Shown piece after piece: positions 1 to 10,777 of a stretch of 64,000 bases of DNA. A program made the position numbers and the translations under genes. The notes below the pieces were generated by a model, which was given only the letters and a program-made list of their open reading frames with translations, was not told where the DNA came from and searched no databases. The stretch spans positions 608,001 to 672,000 of the forward strand of contig OY969585.1 of the NCBI GenBank assembly GCA_963701295.1, written 5' to 3'. The DNA is from Ignavibacteriota bacterium. Lineage in GTDB: Bacteria; Bacteroidota; Ignavibacteria; UBA10030. Each line of letters begins with the position of its first letter. Positions within the stretch are counted from its first letter, which is position 1.

Positions 1-2
1 CT

Positions 3-872
3 AATGGAATCGATAATTTTCGCTTCTGGGATTTCCCGATTCAACTGGTAGAAACTCCGGATGCCGATATTAATGTGTACGATATGCGGCTTGTGAGACA
101 CGAAGATGGATGGATCTATGGTTTGTTTTGCACAGAGCGGAAAGATCCGAGTGTTCCGCGAACGGACACATCTTCTGCTATCGCACAATGCGGTATTGTG
201 AGAACGAAAAATTTATTAGACTGGGAACGACTGCCGGATTTGGTCACAAAATCTCCACAACAAAGAAATGTGGTTCTCCATCCGGAATTTGTTCATGGCA
301 AGTACGCATTCTATACGCGGCCGCAGGATGGTTTCATCGAAGCAGGGTCAGGTGGCGGCATCGGGTGGGGTCTATCTGAGAAAATTGAGCATGCAGTGAT
401 TGAAAGTGAAATTATTATCGATGACCGTTCTTATCACACAATAAAAGAAGTCAAAAACGGTTTAGGCCCTGCACCAATCAAAACGACCAGAGGCTGGCTA
501 CAACTTGCACACGGCGTCCGGAACACTGCTGCAGGACTCCGGTACGTTTTATATATGTTCCTTACCGATTTGAAAGATCCTGCAAAAGTCATTGCAAGAC
601 CAGGCGGATATTTTATAGCTCCCCAAGGGGCTGAGCGTGTGGGTGATGTCTCAAATATTGTCTTTAGTAATGGATGGGTGAAACGCGACAGCGGCGAAGT
701 GCTTATCTATTATGGTTCATCTGATACAAGAATGCATGTAGCTGTTTCCACTGTGGATCAATTGCTCGATTATGTACTCCACACTCCAGAAGATGGATTA
801 AAGACAGGTACAAACCTTCAGCAGCGTATACAACTTATTAATAGAAATCTCGAAATGCTTCATCGCAAGTAG
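3..872 (+). CDS. GH130 4-O-beta-D-mannosyl-D-glucose phosphorylase (5'-truncated by the window edge)
   Basis: The frame is open from base 3 ([12 protein letters not shown]...NVYDMRL). Motifs [45 protein letters not shown] and ERVGDVSN are typical of Bacteroides-type MGP. The neighbours are mannan genes. Confidence 0.92.
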   Translation, partial: NGIDNFRFWDFPIQLVETPDADINVYDMRLVRHEDGWIYGLFCTERKDPSVPRTDTSSAIAQCGIVRTKNLLDWERLPDLVTKSPQQRNVVLHPEFVHGKYAFYTRPQDGFIEAGSGGGIGWGLSEKIEHAVIESEIIIDDRSYHTIKEVKNGLGPAPIKTTRGWLQLAHGVRNTAAGLRYVLYMFLTDLKDPAKVIARPGGYFIAPQGAERVGDVSNIVFSNGWVKRDSGEVLIYYGSSDTRMHVAVSTVDQLLDYVLHTPEDGLKTGTNLQQRIQLINRNLEMLHRK

Positions 873-928
873 TTTTTATGCTCTTTATGCAAAATCTGGT
901 GTGGCTGTTGTAAAGGCCAGCAGGTTCT

Positions 929-2284
929 CTATTTTGGAAGTAAGTCAGCGGTTTTGCGCCAATGTTCGATGAGTTTGTTTATTTCTTTGTTGGAATCCCC
1001 TTGGAAGATCACGCTGCAATTCATAAGAGTCCGGCCCGTATGATAGGTGCATTTCCACATATGGCTTTTGGGTCCTGTCCGAAAATGCGGTTCTTTATCG
1101 ATACCGCCTTCGAACCAATCCCCATATTGTGTATCGATGATAAAGGATTGCACATACTCCCATTGACGAAGGAAATATTCATAGTACCGAGTTTCTTGAG
1201 GAAAAATTTTGGCAAACAGGAGTAATGCATTTAATCCCTCAGCCTGTGCCCACCAATTTTTTGTATCTCTAATAATAGTGCAGTGGCTATCCCCCTTAAA
1301 ATAATAACCACCCTCATAAAAACCGCCGACTTTTTCATCCCATCCATATTTCATAGCATGATCGAGCATCTTCTTTGCGATGGTCAGTGTGCATGTGTCG
1401 CCATTCAATCCTAATGCATGCGAAGCTTCCAGCATCAAGAAGGCGGTCTCATAGTCGTGACCGAAGGAAACGTGATCCAATCCAAAATTAGCTTCTCGTT
1501 CCTCAGGGTAACTATCACGGAACGTAACAGGTGTCCAATCATTATGGAAGAATAATTGCAAATATCCTTGTTGTGCCACTTGTGTATCTCGAATCAGCTC
1601 GAGAAGTCCCTGAAGACGCTTCCATACCAGAGGATCCTTCCAGACATGATACAGTTCTGTAAATGCTTCTAATAAATGAATCGAGGAATTTTGATCTTTG
1701 AATCCAAGCTCGTTACCATCGGAAGCAATTGTTTTATACTCCGATGAACCATCAAATGGTTTCCCATTACGCATAATAAATTGAAAATACCCTCGTTCTT
1801 TTGAATCGTAGGCATGTTCTTCGATCCAATGAAACGCCGTTTGTGCAAACTCTAAGACTTCTGGATCATGCGTCTGCTTATAGAGTGCGGCGAGAGCATA
1901 TACAGCGAATGCATTTCCGTATGCACGCTTTTCATCCCTCCATCCGTTCACATCCGATATCCCACCGTCACGACTCCGTATTTGAAAGAACCCTCCAAAC
2001 TCTTTATCCCACATGTAATTTTTCAGAAAAGAAAAACCATGGCGGGCCATTTGCTCATACTCCTGTACACCGTCAAAATATTCGCTCGCCTTTGACAACG
2101 TCCATACATGCCGTGCTTGCGACACAATCATCTTTTCCTGCTGCGGAGCTAATTTCCAATCATGAGTAATATTCGTAAAATATCCCCCATATTCTTTATC
2201 AAGAACCGATGGATACCACCTCTTTAGTATTCCATCCATAAATGCTTCTTGCATTTCTTTATTGATAACGGTTTCTTTTTGCAT
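929..2284 (-). CDS. AGE-family epimerase, probable cellobiose/mannobiose 2-epimerase
   Basis: Motifs QARHVW, YGNAFAVYAL, KDQNSSIHLLEAFTELY, SFGHDYETAFLM, WWAQAEG and WKCTYH. Adjacent to GH130 MGP. Confidence 0.88.
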   Translation of the reverse strand: MQKETVINKEMQEAFMDGILKRWYPSVLDKEYGGYFTNITHDWKLAPQQEKMIVSQARHVWTLSKASEYFDGVQEYEQMARHGFSFLKNYMWDKEFGGFFQIRSRDGGISDVNGWRDEKRAYGNAFAVYALAALYKQTHDPEVLEFAQTAFHWIEEHAYDSKERGYFQFIMRNGKPFDGSSEYKTIASDGNELGFKDQNSSIHLLEAFTELYHVWKDPLVWKRLQGLLELIRDTQVAQQGYLQLFFHNDWTPVTFRDSYPEEREANFGLDHVSFGHDYETAFLMLEASHALGLNGDTCTLTIAKKMLDHAMKYGWDEKVGGFYEGGYYFKGDSHCTIIRDTKNWWAQAEGLNALLLFAKIFPQETRYYEYFLRQWEYVQSFIIDTQYGDWFEGGIDKEPHFRTGPKSHMWKCTYHTGRTLMNCSVIFQGDSNKEINKLIEHWRKTADLLPK

Positions 2285-2630
2285 AGATATCTTTCATCTC
2301 AAATAAAATTTCTGCTGTTCATTCATTATGGACAGTTAGTAGAGAATCTATAACAATTGATATGCCATCACATTCTTAGAACATTTCTTACTGGAAAGGA
2401 AGGGTTCATTGTCATTTCAGTCTATCTATTTGATAAACATTCTTAAAATAGTAATCGGATCATCACAAACTCGACGATAGTTATTTGGCCAGCATAAGCT
2501 TGCTGACCCCCAATTGAACTATCGGCTTAAAATCGGCAGAAATACATTCTACTGGAAAGAGTGCCCGCATACAAAATAGCTTAACGTCGAAACAATCAAA
2601 CTTCGTTGCATATCATGCTTCTTTCTTTCA

Positions 2631-3737
2631 TTACTTTGTCGCCGAAAATATTTTATATTTTTCTATCGTATCAATGATTTGACTAGCTATTTTTTGATGC
2701 GTCTCCACAGTGGGGTGACCATTGGCTACATACCCTCCGGGGAAATCATCGAAGTGGGCATAGAAAATATCTTTTCTTCCACTCTGCTGTTCTTCATCCA
2801 CAATCTGTTTCACATTGTTCTGAATCCATTCCGGATATGCTGCAACCGCTAAAATTGCAGTTCCGGGATACGCTGTTCGAAGAGTCATAAGAAAATCACG
2901 ATACCCTTTTCGGAAAACAGCTGATTTTTCTTCTGTCACAGTGCCATCTTTTTCTTTGAGACCGGAATGATCGTTCAAGCCAAGGCAAATAACAACGAGA
3001 TCGGGCTTCCATTGTTTGAAATTCCACTTTGGCTCGCGTGCTTCCATGAGTGCGCGATCAAATAAATTTGGTATTGCCGCCTCCGTTTTTCCCTGCCAAT
3101 CACATACCATGCCGCTGCCTGAGCGGCATATAGTTTGATATTGTGCATGAAAATAACGGGCGATAATCGGTGCGAATCCTTTATCGATATTCGTCACTGG
3201 AAACCGGGCTTCCCATTCTAATTGCTGTACGGCCGCTTCGTTGCTTTCGGCGGCCGTAAAGGAATCTCCAATGAATTCAATCTTTCGCTTCGGTTTTTCC
3301 GGCAGTAGAAAAAGATCTGCATCTTCATCGAGCAACAAACCTGAGACCGAGAAAACCGCATTAAATACAATATTTCGTTTGCTGAGCAGAAGTGTATGGT
3401 GAGTTTTTTCCAAACTGTCTGCAAGCATATAATCTGCTTCCCCGAACATTGTTCCGTGAAAAACTTTCAAGAGCTTTCCGTCGATATAGACATTGTAATA
3501 ATTGATACGATCGGTCATTCGTACGCCGATGCTTGTTCCACTGAATTCGGCAGAGAGATATACTCCAGGCCACGAATGTCGCGGATGAAGCGAATCGGTC
3601 ATATCCCATCTTCCGTAATACTGAATAAAGGGATTGTTTGCGGGAATAAAATGTTTTGAGTATGACATCGTAGAAGCTCCTAGAACGAGAAGAACAATAC
3701 ACAGAGACCAATAGATATGATTCATACATTTACTCAC
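2631..3737 (-). CDS. SGNH/GDSL carbohydrate esterase, CE2-like (acetyl-mannan/xylan esterase), secreted
   Basis: Signal peptide, then the CE2 N-terminal domain (YYGRW...SWPG). Motifs IEFIGDSFT, SGSG, LGLND and NGHP. Confidence 0.8.
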   Translation of the reverse strand: MSKCMNHIYWSLCIVLLVLGASTMSYSKHFIPANNPFIQYYGRWDMTDSLHPRHSWPGVYLSAEFSGTSIGVRMTDRINYYNVYIDGKLLKVFHGTMFGEADYMLADSLEKTHHTLLLSKRNIVFNAVFSVSGLLLDEDADLFLLPEKPKRKIEFIGDSFTAAESNEAAVQQLEWEARFPVTNIDKGFAPIIARYFHAQYQTICRSGSGMVCDWQGKTEAAIPNLFDRALMEAREPKWNFKQWKPDLVVICLGLNDHSGLKEKDGTVTEEKSAVFRKGYRDFLMTLRTAYPGTAILAVAAYPEWIQNNVKQIVDEEQQSGRKDIFYAHFDDFPGGYVANGHPTVETHQKIASQIIDTIEKYKIFSATK

Positions 3738-3763
3738 TTTTTCATTCTTCCAAAGCTATAGAT

Positions 3764-6343
3764 TTATTCATTATAACTATCTGCCAAGCTGATGATCTTT
3801 AATGATCGTTCAAATTCATCTTGTTGAAGCTGTGTCGTTACTGTTACTATCTTTGGGATTCCGGAAATCAGGTCAAAATAATTATCATCAAAGAATCCAT
3901 TCGTATCGCTGCATGTGAGATAAACATTTTTTGCCAGTGTATTCGCTGTCAATTCTATTGTAAATCCTGAAGTTGTCTTTGTGATGTGTTTCATGAATTT
4001 TGGATGTTTGAGATCAAGATCCTTAGGAGATCTAAAATAGGAAATGTTTTCCGCAACCAGAGTATTTCCCTGTTCCAAACGGCAGAAAAGCACGAGGCGA
4101 GTTTCATCGGAACCAGATATAAGCTGCGATAGTGAGAGAGTTGCAGCAATTTCTGAATGGTTTGGCTTCACACTCACAGGCATTGAATGGTGAGATACGA
4201 TCTTTCCTTCAAAATCCAGAACAGCTATATCAAGCAGGGCATTGATGTTCTCCACTTTATCTGATACAAGATGAATCTTGACATTATCCTCTGACAGCAC
4301 AGGTGAAATGAGAACCGATGCATAAGAATTTTTCACTGTATAATGAAGCGCCTTCCATCGTCCATAATAGTCGATGCTTGACCACGAAGCAACTGGCCAG
4401 CAATCATCGATTTGCCAATATAAACTTCCCATACAGAACGGCATTGCACGGCGATGCGCTTCCATTGCCACCTTTACACCTTCTGCCTGCAGCACTTGAC
4501 TTACATAAATGTATGATTCAAAATCTTTCGGTGCACGATACCATTGATCCATATACCATTGAATCAACCGATTCCCATACTCTTTGTCGCGCCGCTCATC
4601 TGCCATACAACGCTGATGAGAGAGCATGACATCAGAATGAAGCGTTCTGTCTTCCGGTTGTGCATACTGAGCAATCGTCGATAATTCTGGGTACGATTGA
4701 AATCCATACTCACTCACAAAGCGGGCAAGGTTGGAAGGATAGCGTTCAAACGGCTCCTTGCCATGCCACACTCCCCAATAATGAATATCGCCTTCACTTG
4801 CTGCGATATTTTTGAATCCTGCAGCAGGACTAGTGGGATGATAGTATCGAGTTGAATCCGCCTCATGTAGAGCTGAAGGTATTACTTCGTAAAATAGTTT
4901 TTTTGCATCATGCTCAAAGGCGCGTTGTGCCTCTTCATTATATTTTTCTTTCCATCCCCATTGGAACCAAGCAGCTTCATTCTCGTTATTTCCGCAATAG
5001 AGCGCAATGCAGGGATGATTACGAATACGAGTAACATTATCAATGACTTCCTGCCGAACACTTTCTATAAACTTTTCGTCACATGGATACATGGCACAGG
5101 CAAAGATCATTTCTTGCCAAATAAGAATTCCATATCGGTCGCACATTTTATAGAACTGATCGTCCTCGTAAATTCCTCCTCCCCAAACACGCAGCATATT
5201 TATGTTCGCTTCTGCTGCAGAGCGGATAATATGTTCGTATCGTTCTTTTGTTACTCTGTTTTGAAAATTATCTTGTGGAATATAATTTGCACCTTTCATA
5301 AACACAGGAATTCCATTGAGACAAACCGTCATGCTTCTCCCTAGAGAATCTTTTTCACGGACTACTTCAATAGATCGAATGCCAATTTCCGTCGAATAAA
5401 TATCCTGATGTCCAGAATCATCCTTTATGGTTATTTGATACGTGTAAAGTTTTTGTGCACCTAATCCATTCGTCCACCAGAGCTGTGGATTGGCAAGATG
5501 GGCACTGAGTTCTATCTGATTTATTCCCGGTTTAAGATGAAGTGTTTCCGTCAACAAATTGAGACTGTCCATGGCAACAGAGGCAGAAAGCTTTTGTTCT
5601 TTCCGAGAAAGAATATGTACTGCGGAAAGAATATCGGCACCGGATACGGAAACATTCTTTTGCTGAATATGAACGTCCTGTATTTTAAATTCACTCCACG
5701 CTTCTAAATAGATCGGACGCCATATACCGCACGTAATCAAGCGCGGACCCCAGTCCCACCCGTAATGAAACTGCGCTTTACGGGAATACATGGCAATCTT
5801 TACATCTGCTTGATCATTATTGGGAAATGCCTGAAGTTCAAAAGGAGCAGCCTTATACTTCGGCATATTTTCATCAAAGACATTTCTAAATCGAATTTCA
5901 ATATGATTCCCTTTCTCTCGTAAGAGACTGCAGCAATTGAACCTCCACGTACGAAACATGTTGTTTGCTTTTAGGACAAGCGAATCGTTCAGAGTCACCT
6001 CTGCATAGGTATCCAGTCCTTCGAAGACAAGTTCAACGACATCTTTACTTAAAATTTCTGCCGGTACGTTAAAAGTTGTTTCATAGATCCAATTCTTCTC
6101 ACCAATCCATTGCAGCGATTGTTCGTTTGTGCCAATAAATGGATCTGGTATCAAATTATTTCTCATCAGATCAGTATGTACACAGCCCGGCACTTCCGCT
6201 GGATACCATTGCCCAGTATTTTCCTGTTTAAATTTCCAATGTTCTTGAATCCTGATTTTCATCTTATTTTCAGCGTTCGTAGAATATATGCTTTGGAAAA
6301 TAAGCATACCCGCCATACAGGTTAGAATATGAAAGTGTTTCAT
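3764..6343 (-). CDS. GH2 beta-mannosidase, secreted
   Basis: Motifs AEVPGCVHTDL, RKAQFHYGWDWGP, KGANYIP, NMLRVWGGG, GNNE, FVSEYGFQS and YWQIDDCWP. Signal peptide present. Confidence 0.93.
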   Translation of the reverse strand: MKHFHILTCMAGMLIFQSIYSTNAENKMKIRIQEHWKFKQENTGQWYPAEVPGCVHTDLMRNNLIPDPFIGTNEQSLQWIGEKNWIYETTFNVPAEILSKDVVELVFEGLDTYAEVTLNDSLVLKANNMFRTWRFNCCSLLREKGNHIEIRFRNVFDENMPKYKAAPFELQAFPNNDQADVKIAMYSRKAQFHYGWDWGPRLITCGIWRPIYLEAWSEFKIQDVHIQQKNVSVSGADILSAVHILSRKEQKLSASVAMDSLNLLTETLHLKPGINQIELSAHLANPQLWWTNGLGAQKLYTYQITIKDDSGHQDIYSTEIGIRSIEVVREKDSLGRSMTVCLNGIPVFMKGANYIPQDNFQNRVTKERYEHIIRSAAEANINMLRVWGGGIYEDDQFYKMCDRYGILIWQEMIFACAMYPCDEKFIESVRQEVIDNVTRIRNHPCIALYCGNNENEAAWFQWGWKEKYNEEAQRAFEHDAKKLFYEVIPSALHEADSTRYYHPTSPAAGFKNIAASEGDIHYWGVWHGKEPFERYPSNLARFVSEYGFQSYPELSTIAQYAQPEDRTLHSDVMLSHQRCMADERRDKEYGNRLIQWYMDQWYRAPKDFESYIYVSQVLQAEGVKVAMEAHRRAMPFCMGSLYWQIDDCWPVASWSSIDYYGRWKALHYTVKNSYASVLISPVLSEDNVKIHLVSDKVENINALLDIAVLDFEGKIVSHHSMPVSVKPNHSEIAATLSLSQLISGSDETRLVLFCRLEQGNTLVAENISYFRSPKDLDLKHPKFMKHITKTTSGFTIELTANTLAKNVYLTCSDTNGFFDDNYFDLISGIPKIVTVTTQLQQDEFERSLKIISLADSYNE

Positions 6344-6458
6344 AACTCTCCGAGAATGTTAGATCGTTCATGAATTCACAGTACACATTTGAAATGCGAT
6401 CTCATTGGTACACGGTGTTTTATTCTGTAGAGAACAGTTTTGCATTTCTTTTGATTGA

Positions 6459-7802
6459 TTGTTACTATACGCTCGATCAACGACACCATACAACACTGTG
6501 AACAGAATATCACTTTTCAGTCTCTCCATCAGCGTAGCGCTATTGACGTTCGGGTTCTTGTTCGTCCATTTCACTTTTCTCCAGCCAGTCATTACATATA
6601 CTTTTGCTTTCATTGGAACATCAATCTTTTTTTGTTGGATGTGTTGGATAATTTTTCGAGTTGACCCTCCAAAGGATTATATATTCTACTGTCTTGGACT
6701 CGCTCTTTTAATCCGGTTAAGCTTTCTCACCGTCTCTCCTATCGACTCGGATGATGTGTACCGTTACATGTGGGATGGAAAAGTACAGACATCCGGACTT
6801 AATCCGTACTTGTACGCGCCCAATTCCGATTCGTTGAGTCATTTGCATACGGTTCTGCTTCCGGCTTCCGTGAACCACCCTGATATCAAAACCTTGTATT
6901 TTCCGTTCAGTGAATGGATATTCTCTCTTTGCTACCACTTGAGTGGCGAAGCAATCTGGGGATATAAGTTGATATTGTTGTTCGCTGAAATTGCAACCAT
7001 TATTGGATTAATCTTATTCACACGTCGACTTCAAATACCATCCAAGTTTGTTCTTCTTTATGCGCTCTGTCCTTTATCGCTCTTTCAATTTGCAATCGAT
7101 AGCCATCTCGATGGATTAGGTTTTCCATTTCTCATCTTTGGCGTCTTAGCATATCTTCAGAGAAAGACTATATTTGCTTCTTTTTTACTAGGTCTTTCAA
7201 TTTCGATAAAACCTGTTGGATTAGTATTGCTGCCGATATTGATCATTCACGAACAAATATGGGAAAAAAGGATACTGCTCTTGGTTATTCCAGCATTCAC
7301 CATATCATTTCAGTTTACTCCGTATCTATTGAATTCCAATCCATTAGAAGCCTTGTTCACATTTGTAAAACATTGGACATTTAATGGCGTTGTCTTTGAA
7401 TCCCTTAATCTCTATTTTTTCAATAATCAAAAAACCAGATTCATCTGCGCTCTTCTTTTTGGACTCTTTCTTTTACTCCTCTCCGTTAGCAAAAAGCCGC
7501 TCCTTGATAAATTGTATCTTTCTGTTTTGTTGCTCCTTCTTTTCTCACCCGTCGTACATCCTTGGTATGTTGCATGGCTCATGATCTTCCTGCCAATCAT
7601 GCAGCGATGGTCCGGTATTCTCTATGTTGCAACAGCAAGTTTAACCAGTCTTACTATTCTCAATTACAAACTGTTCGGTGTTTGGAAGCAAGACCTCGCG
7701 GTTTTAATAATCGAATACCTGCCGGTCATTGTATTTCTCTTCTTTGAACTCTGGACTTCTCAAAATACAGCGGCTCTGCTTGACAAAAACATGAAGGAAT
7801 AA
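6459..7802 (+). CDS. GT-C fold membrane glycosyltransferase (GT87/DUF2029-like)
   Basis: Polytopic membrane protein with SDDVYRYMWDG, NPYLYAP, YFP, HLD and VHPWY motifs. The start codon is uncertain. Confidence 0.72.
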   Translation: MLLYARSTTPYNTVNRISLFSLSISVALLTFGFLFVHFTFLQPVITYTFAFIGTSIFFCWMCWIIFRVDPPKDYIFYCLGLALLIRLSFLTVSPIDSDDVYRYMWDGKVQTSGLNPYLYAPNSDSLSHLHTVLLPASVNHPDIKTLYFPFSEWIFSLCYHLSGEAIWGYKLILLFAEIATIIGLILFTRRLQIPSKFVLLYALCPLSLFQFAIDSHLDGLGFPFLIFGVLAYLQRKTIFASFLLGLSISIKPVGLVLLPILIIHEQIWEKRILLLVIPAFTISFQFTPYLLNSNPLEALFTFVKHWTFNGVVFESLNLYFFNNQKTRFICALLFGLFLLLLSVSKKPLLDKLYLSVLLLLLFSPVVHPWYVAWLMIFLPIMQRWSGILYVATASLTSLTILNYKLFGVWKQDLAVLIIEYLPVIVFLFFELWTSQNTAALLDKNMKE

Positions 7803-7886
7803 TTTCATAATACTTCTTCATCGCCGATGAAAAGAGAATTTGCTGACAACGGGTTCGCATTTTTTCAAAATGAGCAATCAGTCACA

Positions 7887-8852
7887 CTATATCTTGAGGA
7901 GCTGCTTCCACATGAGTGCAGCTGCCCCAAGAATTGCAGAATTCCCCTTAGGCAAACCCGACGGCAATAGCCGTACTTTGTTCTTAAAAATACCGAGAAG
8001 ATATTCTTCCATATACTTCTTTGTGGGGGAAAATATAAAATCTCCTGCCGCTGCTAATCCGCCAAAAAGAATAATAGCTTCCGGACTTGTATGAGCAACA
8101 GAATCTGCAAGTTTCATGCCTAGATATCGCCCTGTCAATTCAAATGCTTCCAACGCAAGTTTATCTCCGCGCTGCGCTGCTTCGAAAATGCGTTTTGATG
8201 TAATTTGCTCGAGACTGATTTCACGAAGTTCACTTGGAGGTGCAGGCATTTTGAGAAGTTCCTCGACGGTTCTCCGAATCCCGCTTGCCGAGGCGTACGT
8301 TTCCAGACATCCGCGCCGGCCGCAGCCGCACTGACGTCCGTTCGGATCGACAATGGTGTGGCCAATCTCTCCTGCAAAACCATCATGGCCGTAGATTAAT
8401 TCTCCATTTGCTACGATGCCACTGCCAAGACCTGTCCCCAACGTAATGACAATAAAATCTTTCATTCCCTTCGCTGCGCCAAATAACATCTCACCCAGTG
8501 CAGCAGCATTTGCATCATTGGTGAGGGCAATGGGAATGGAATACCAGCGGTGTAATGTTGCAACAACATCGACATATTTCCAGCTCAAATTTGGCGGCTG
8601 TTCGATTGTGCCCTTATAATAGTTGCCATTGGGAGCACCCAAACCGATACCTGCAAGTTTCAGTTGATCTTTTTTTGAATTAAAAAGATCTTCTGCCTGA
8701 GTATGAAGCCGCTCAAAGAATTCTTCAGCCGGCTGATGCGCTTCAGTCAGCATCTCTCCCTCCGCGAGAAGATTTCCGCTCTTATCGACATAGCCAAATT
8801 TCGTGTTGGTGCCGCCGATATCAACGCCAAGTACTACCTCTTTCTGATTCAT
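7887..8852 (-). CDS. glk: ROK-family sugar kinase (glucokinase/mannokinase)
   Basis: Motifs GVDIGGT, NDANAAALGE, TLGTGLGSG, AGEIGH and CGCGRRGCLE. Confidence 0.92.
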   Translation of the reverse strand: MNQKEVVLGVDIGGTNTKFGYVDKSGNLLAEGEMLTEAHQPAEEFFERLHTQAEDLFNSKKDQLKLAGIGLGAPNGNYYKGTIEQPPNLSWKYVDVVATLHRWYSIPIALTNDANAAALGEMLFGAAKGMKDFIVITLGTGLGSGIVANGELIYGHDGFAGEIGHTIVDPNGRQCGCGRRGCLETYASASGIRRTVEELLKMPAPPSELREISLEQITSKRIFEAAQRGDKLALEAFELTGRYLGMKLADSVAHTSPEAIILFGGLAAAGDFIFSPTKKYMEEYLLGIFKNKVRLLPSGLPKGNSAILGAAALMWKQLLKI

Positions 8853-8854
8853 AC

Positions 8855-10306
8855 TTATCCTTTTTTATATGCGGGAATATGTCCCTTAATCCCGTAGAAC
8901 GCCAGGTAGATATAACAAACAATCGGTATAAAAAAAGACGCATGATAACCACCCATCATGTCGGCAAACCAACCCTGTGCTAGGGGGACAAGTGCGCCGC
9001 CGAGGATCATCATAACGAGAAGCGACGAACCCTGCGATGTATGCTGACCAAGGTCTTTAATGGCGAGGGTAAAGATATTAGACCACATGATGGAGTTGAA
9101 CAGGCCAACGGCGATCACCGTCCAGAGCGCAACATATCCTCCGGTAAATGTCGTCACAACCAGCAGGCAGATGATGATGAGTGAAAAAACAAGCAGTGTC
9201 CTGGCGGCGTGCGATTTCCCGATAATGAATCCGATGAATTGAATTGTCATGAACCCAAGGTACGGCAGCGTTGAGACCACCGAGAATTTTTCTCCGCTCT
9301 GAGTACTCTCGAAGAGGACGATGCCGGAGATGAGACCATAGATGACAAGTGCCGACAATGCCATTTTCAAGTACATTGTTCCCGTACTCTTATTATCACC
9401 AAGTGAAATTGAACCCAGGAACCGTCCGATCATAAGCCCACCCCAGTAATATGCCAGGAACGATTTGGCATTGATTTCCGCCAGCCCGGCCACCTCTTTT
9501 GCATAGTTGATAAAAAGACTGCCGATACTCACCTCTGCACCAACGTAAACGAAAATCGCAATCATACCAAGCACGAGATGGGGATACCTGAGGGCTCCGA
9601 TTCCTTTTTCGATTTTTTCAGTGCTGATGAATTGCGGCAGGTGGGTGAATTTAACAACAACAGCCAGTAAGATAAAAATTGCCGCAAATACTAAATATGG
9701 TAATTGAACGCCCATTGCAGTCATTGACAATCCTTGATCGGTTAGAACCTGCTGACCGGCAGTATTAAGTAATGGAGTACCAATTTTTGCAAAGAAGTGA
9801 AATACAAGATACCCGCCGATGATAGGTGCAATTGTTGTACCTAGAGAGTTCCACGCTTGTGCGAGATTGAGACGGCTCGATGCGGTCTCCGGTTTTCCGA
9901 GAAGTGCTACATAAGGATTAGCCGCTATCTGCAGCAAGGTAAATCCGATCCCGAGAATGAAGAGCAGCCCGAGAAACATACCATATACTTTGATATCTGC
10001 CGCAGGATAAAATCCGGCACAAGCAGCGGCAGAGATTAAAAGACCAAGGATAATACCGTTCTTATATCCCATTTTGCTCATGGGGTCTCCCCAGAGTACC
10101 GAAATAATGAAATAAATGACCGATCCGATAAAATATGCGCCGAAAAATGTGAACTGTACAAACATCGATTGGTAACGGTTCAGCTCGAACATTTTTTTAA
10201 GAAAAGGAATAAGAATATCGTTGAGCACCGTAATAAATCCCCACATAAAGAAAAGCGATGTGAGGACAACGAGCGCTGAAGTATATTTCGGAGATTTTTC
10301 TGCCAT
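8855..10306 (-). CDS. MFS glucose/galactose (FucP/GluP-type) transporter
   Basis: Motifs LFFMWGFIT.LNDILIP, LLQIAANPY, RLNLAQ, YVGAEV and GLFNSIMW. Lies 2 bp from the ROK kinase gene. Confidence 0.92.
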   Translation of the reverse strand: MAEKSPKYTSALVVLTSLFFMWGFITVLNDILIPFLKKMFELNRYQSMFVQFTFFGAYFIGSVIYFIISVLWGDPMSKMGYKNGIILGLLISAAACAGFYPAADIKVYGMFLGLLFILGIGFTLLQIAANPYVALLGKPETASSRLNLAQAWNSLGTTIAPIIGGYLVFHFFAKIGTPLLNTAGQQVLTDQGLSMTAMGVQLPYLVFAAIFILLAVVVKFTHLPQFISTEKIEKGIGALRYPHLVLGMIAIFVYVGAEVSIGSLFINYAKEVAGLAEINAKSFLAYYWGGLMIGRFLGSISLGDNKSTGTMYLKMALSALVIYGLISGIVLFESTQSGEKFSVVSTLPYLGFMTIQFIGFIIGKSHAARTLLVFSLIIICLLVVTTFTGGYVALWTVIAVGLFNSIMWSNIFTLAIKDLGQHTSQGSSLLVMMILGGALVPLAQGWFADMMGGYHASFFIPIVCYIYLAFYGIKGHIPAYKKG

Positions 10307-10777
10307 CGTTTACCTTCCAGAAAAATGTTTAAGAACCATCGCGTCTGTCTATATTGTCTTATTCATAAGCATTATTAAAACAATAAATGGATTTCTACTA
10401 AAAAGATAGTCTAAGATATGAAAAATAATTTGACGCATGATATTGGTGGAATTTGAATACGATTCTATGTTGAACTTTTTATAAAACATACTAGTAAAGA
10501 CATGTTTATGAATTTTATTAATGGCATCATTCTTTATGGTACTACGCAATCGCTTAGCTCATAAATACGTACTAACAGCCTACGGAGACCAGCTGTTGTG
10601 CAAGCGCATTTTCTTCGCGACTGCATACAACGTGTGCGAAAACAACGCAACCCTATTTGACGTTTACGAAAAACATATTCTCAAATGGCAAACGGGATTA
10701 AGCGACAACAATCAAGTTTTTATTATAGAAGTAGCATTATTGTTTTGGTTGTTAATCGATGTGTTTACTTTGTTTTG

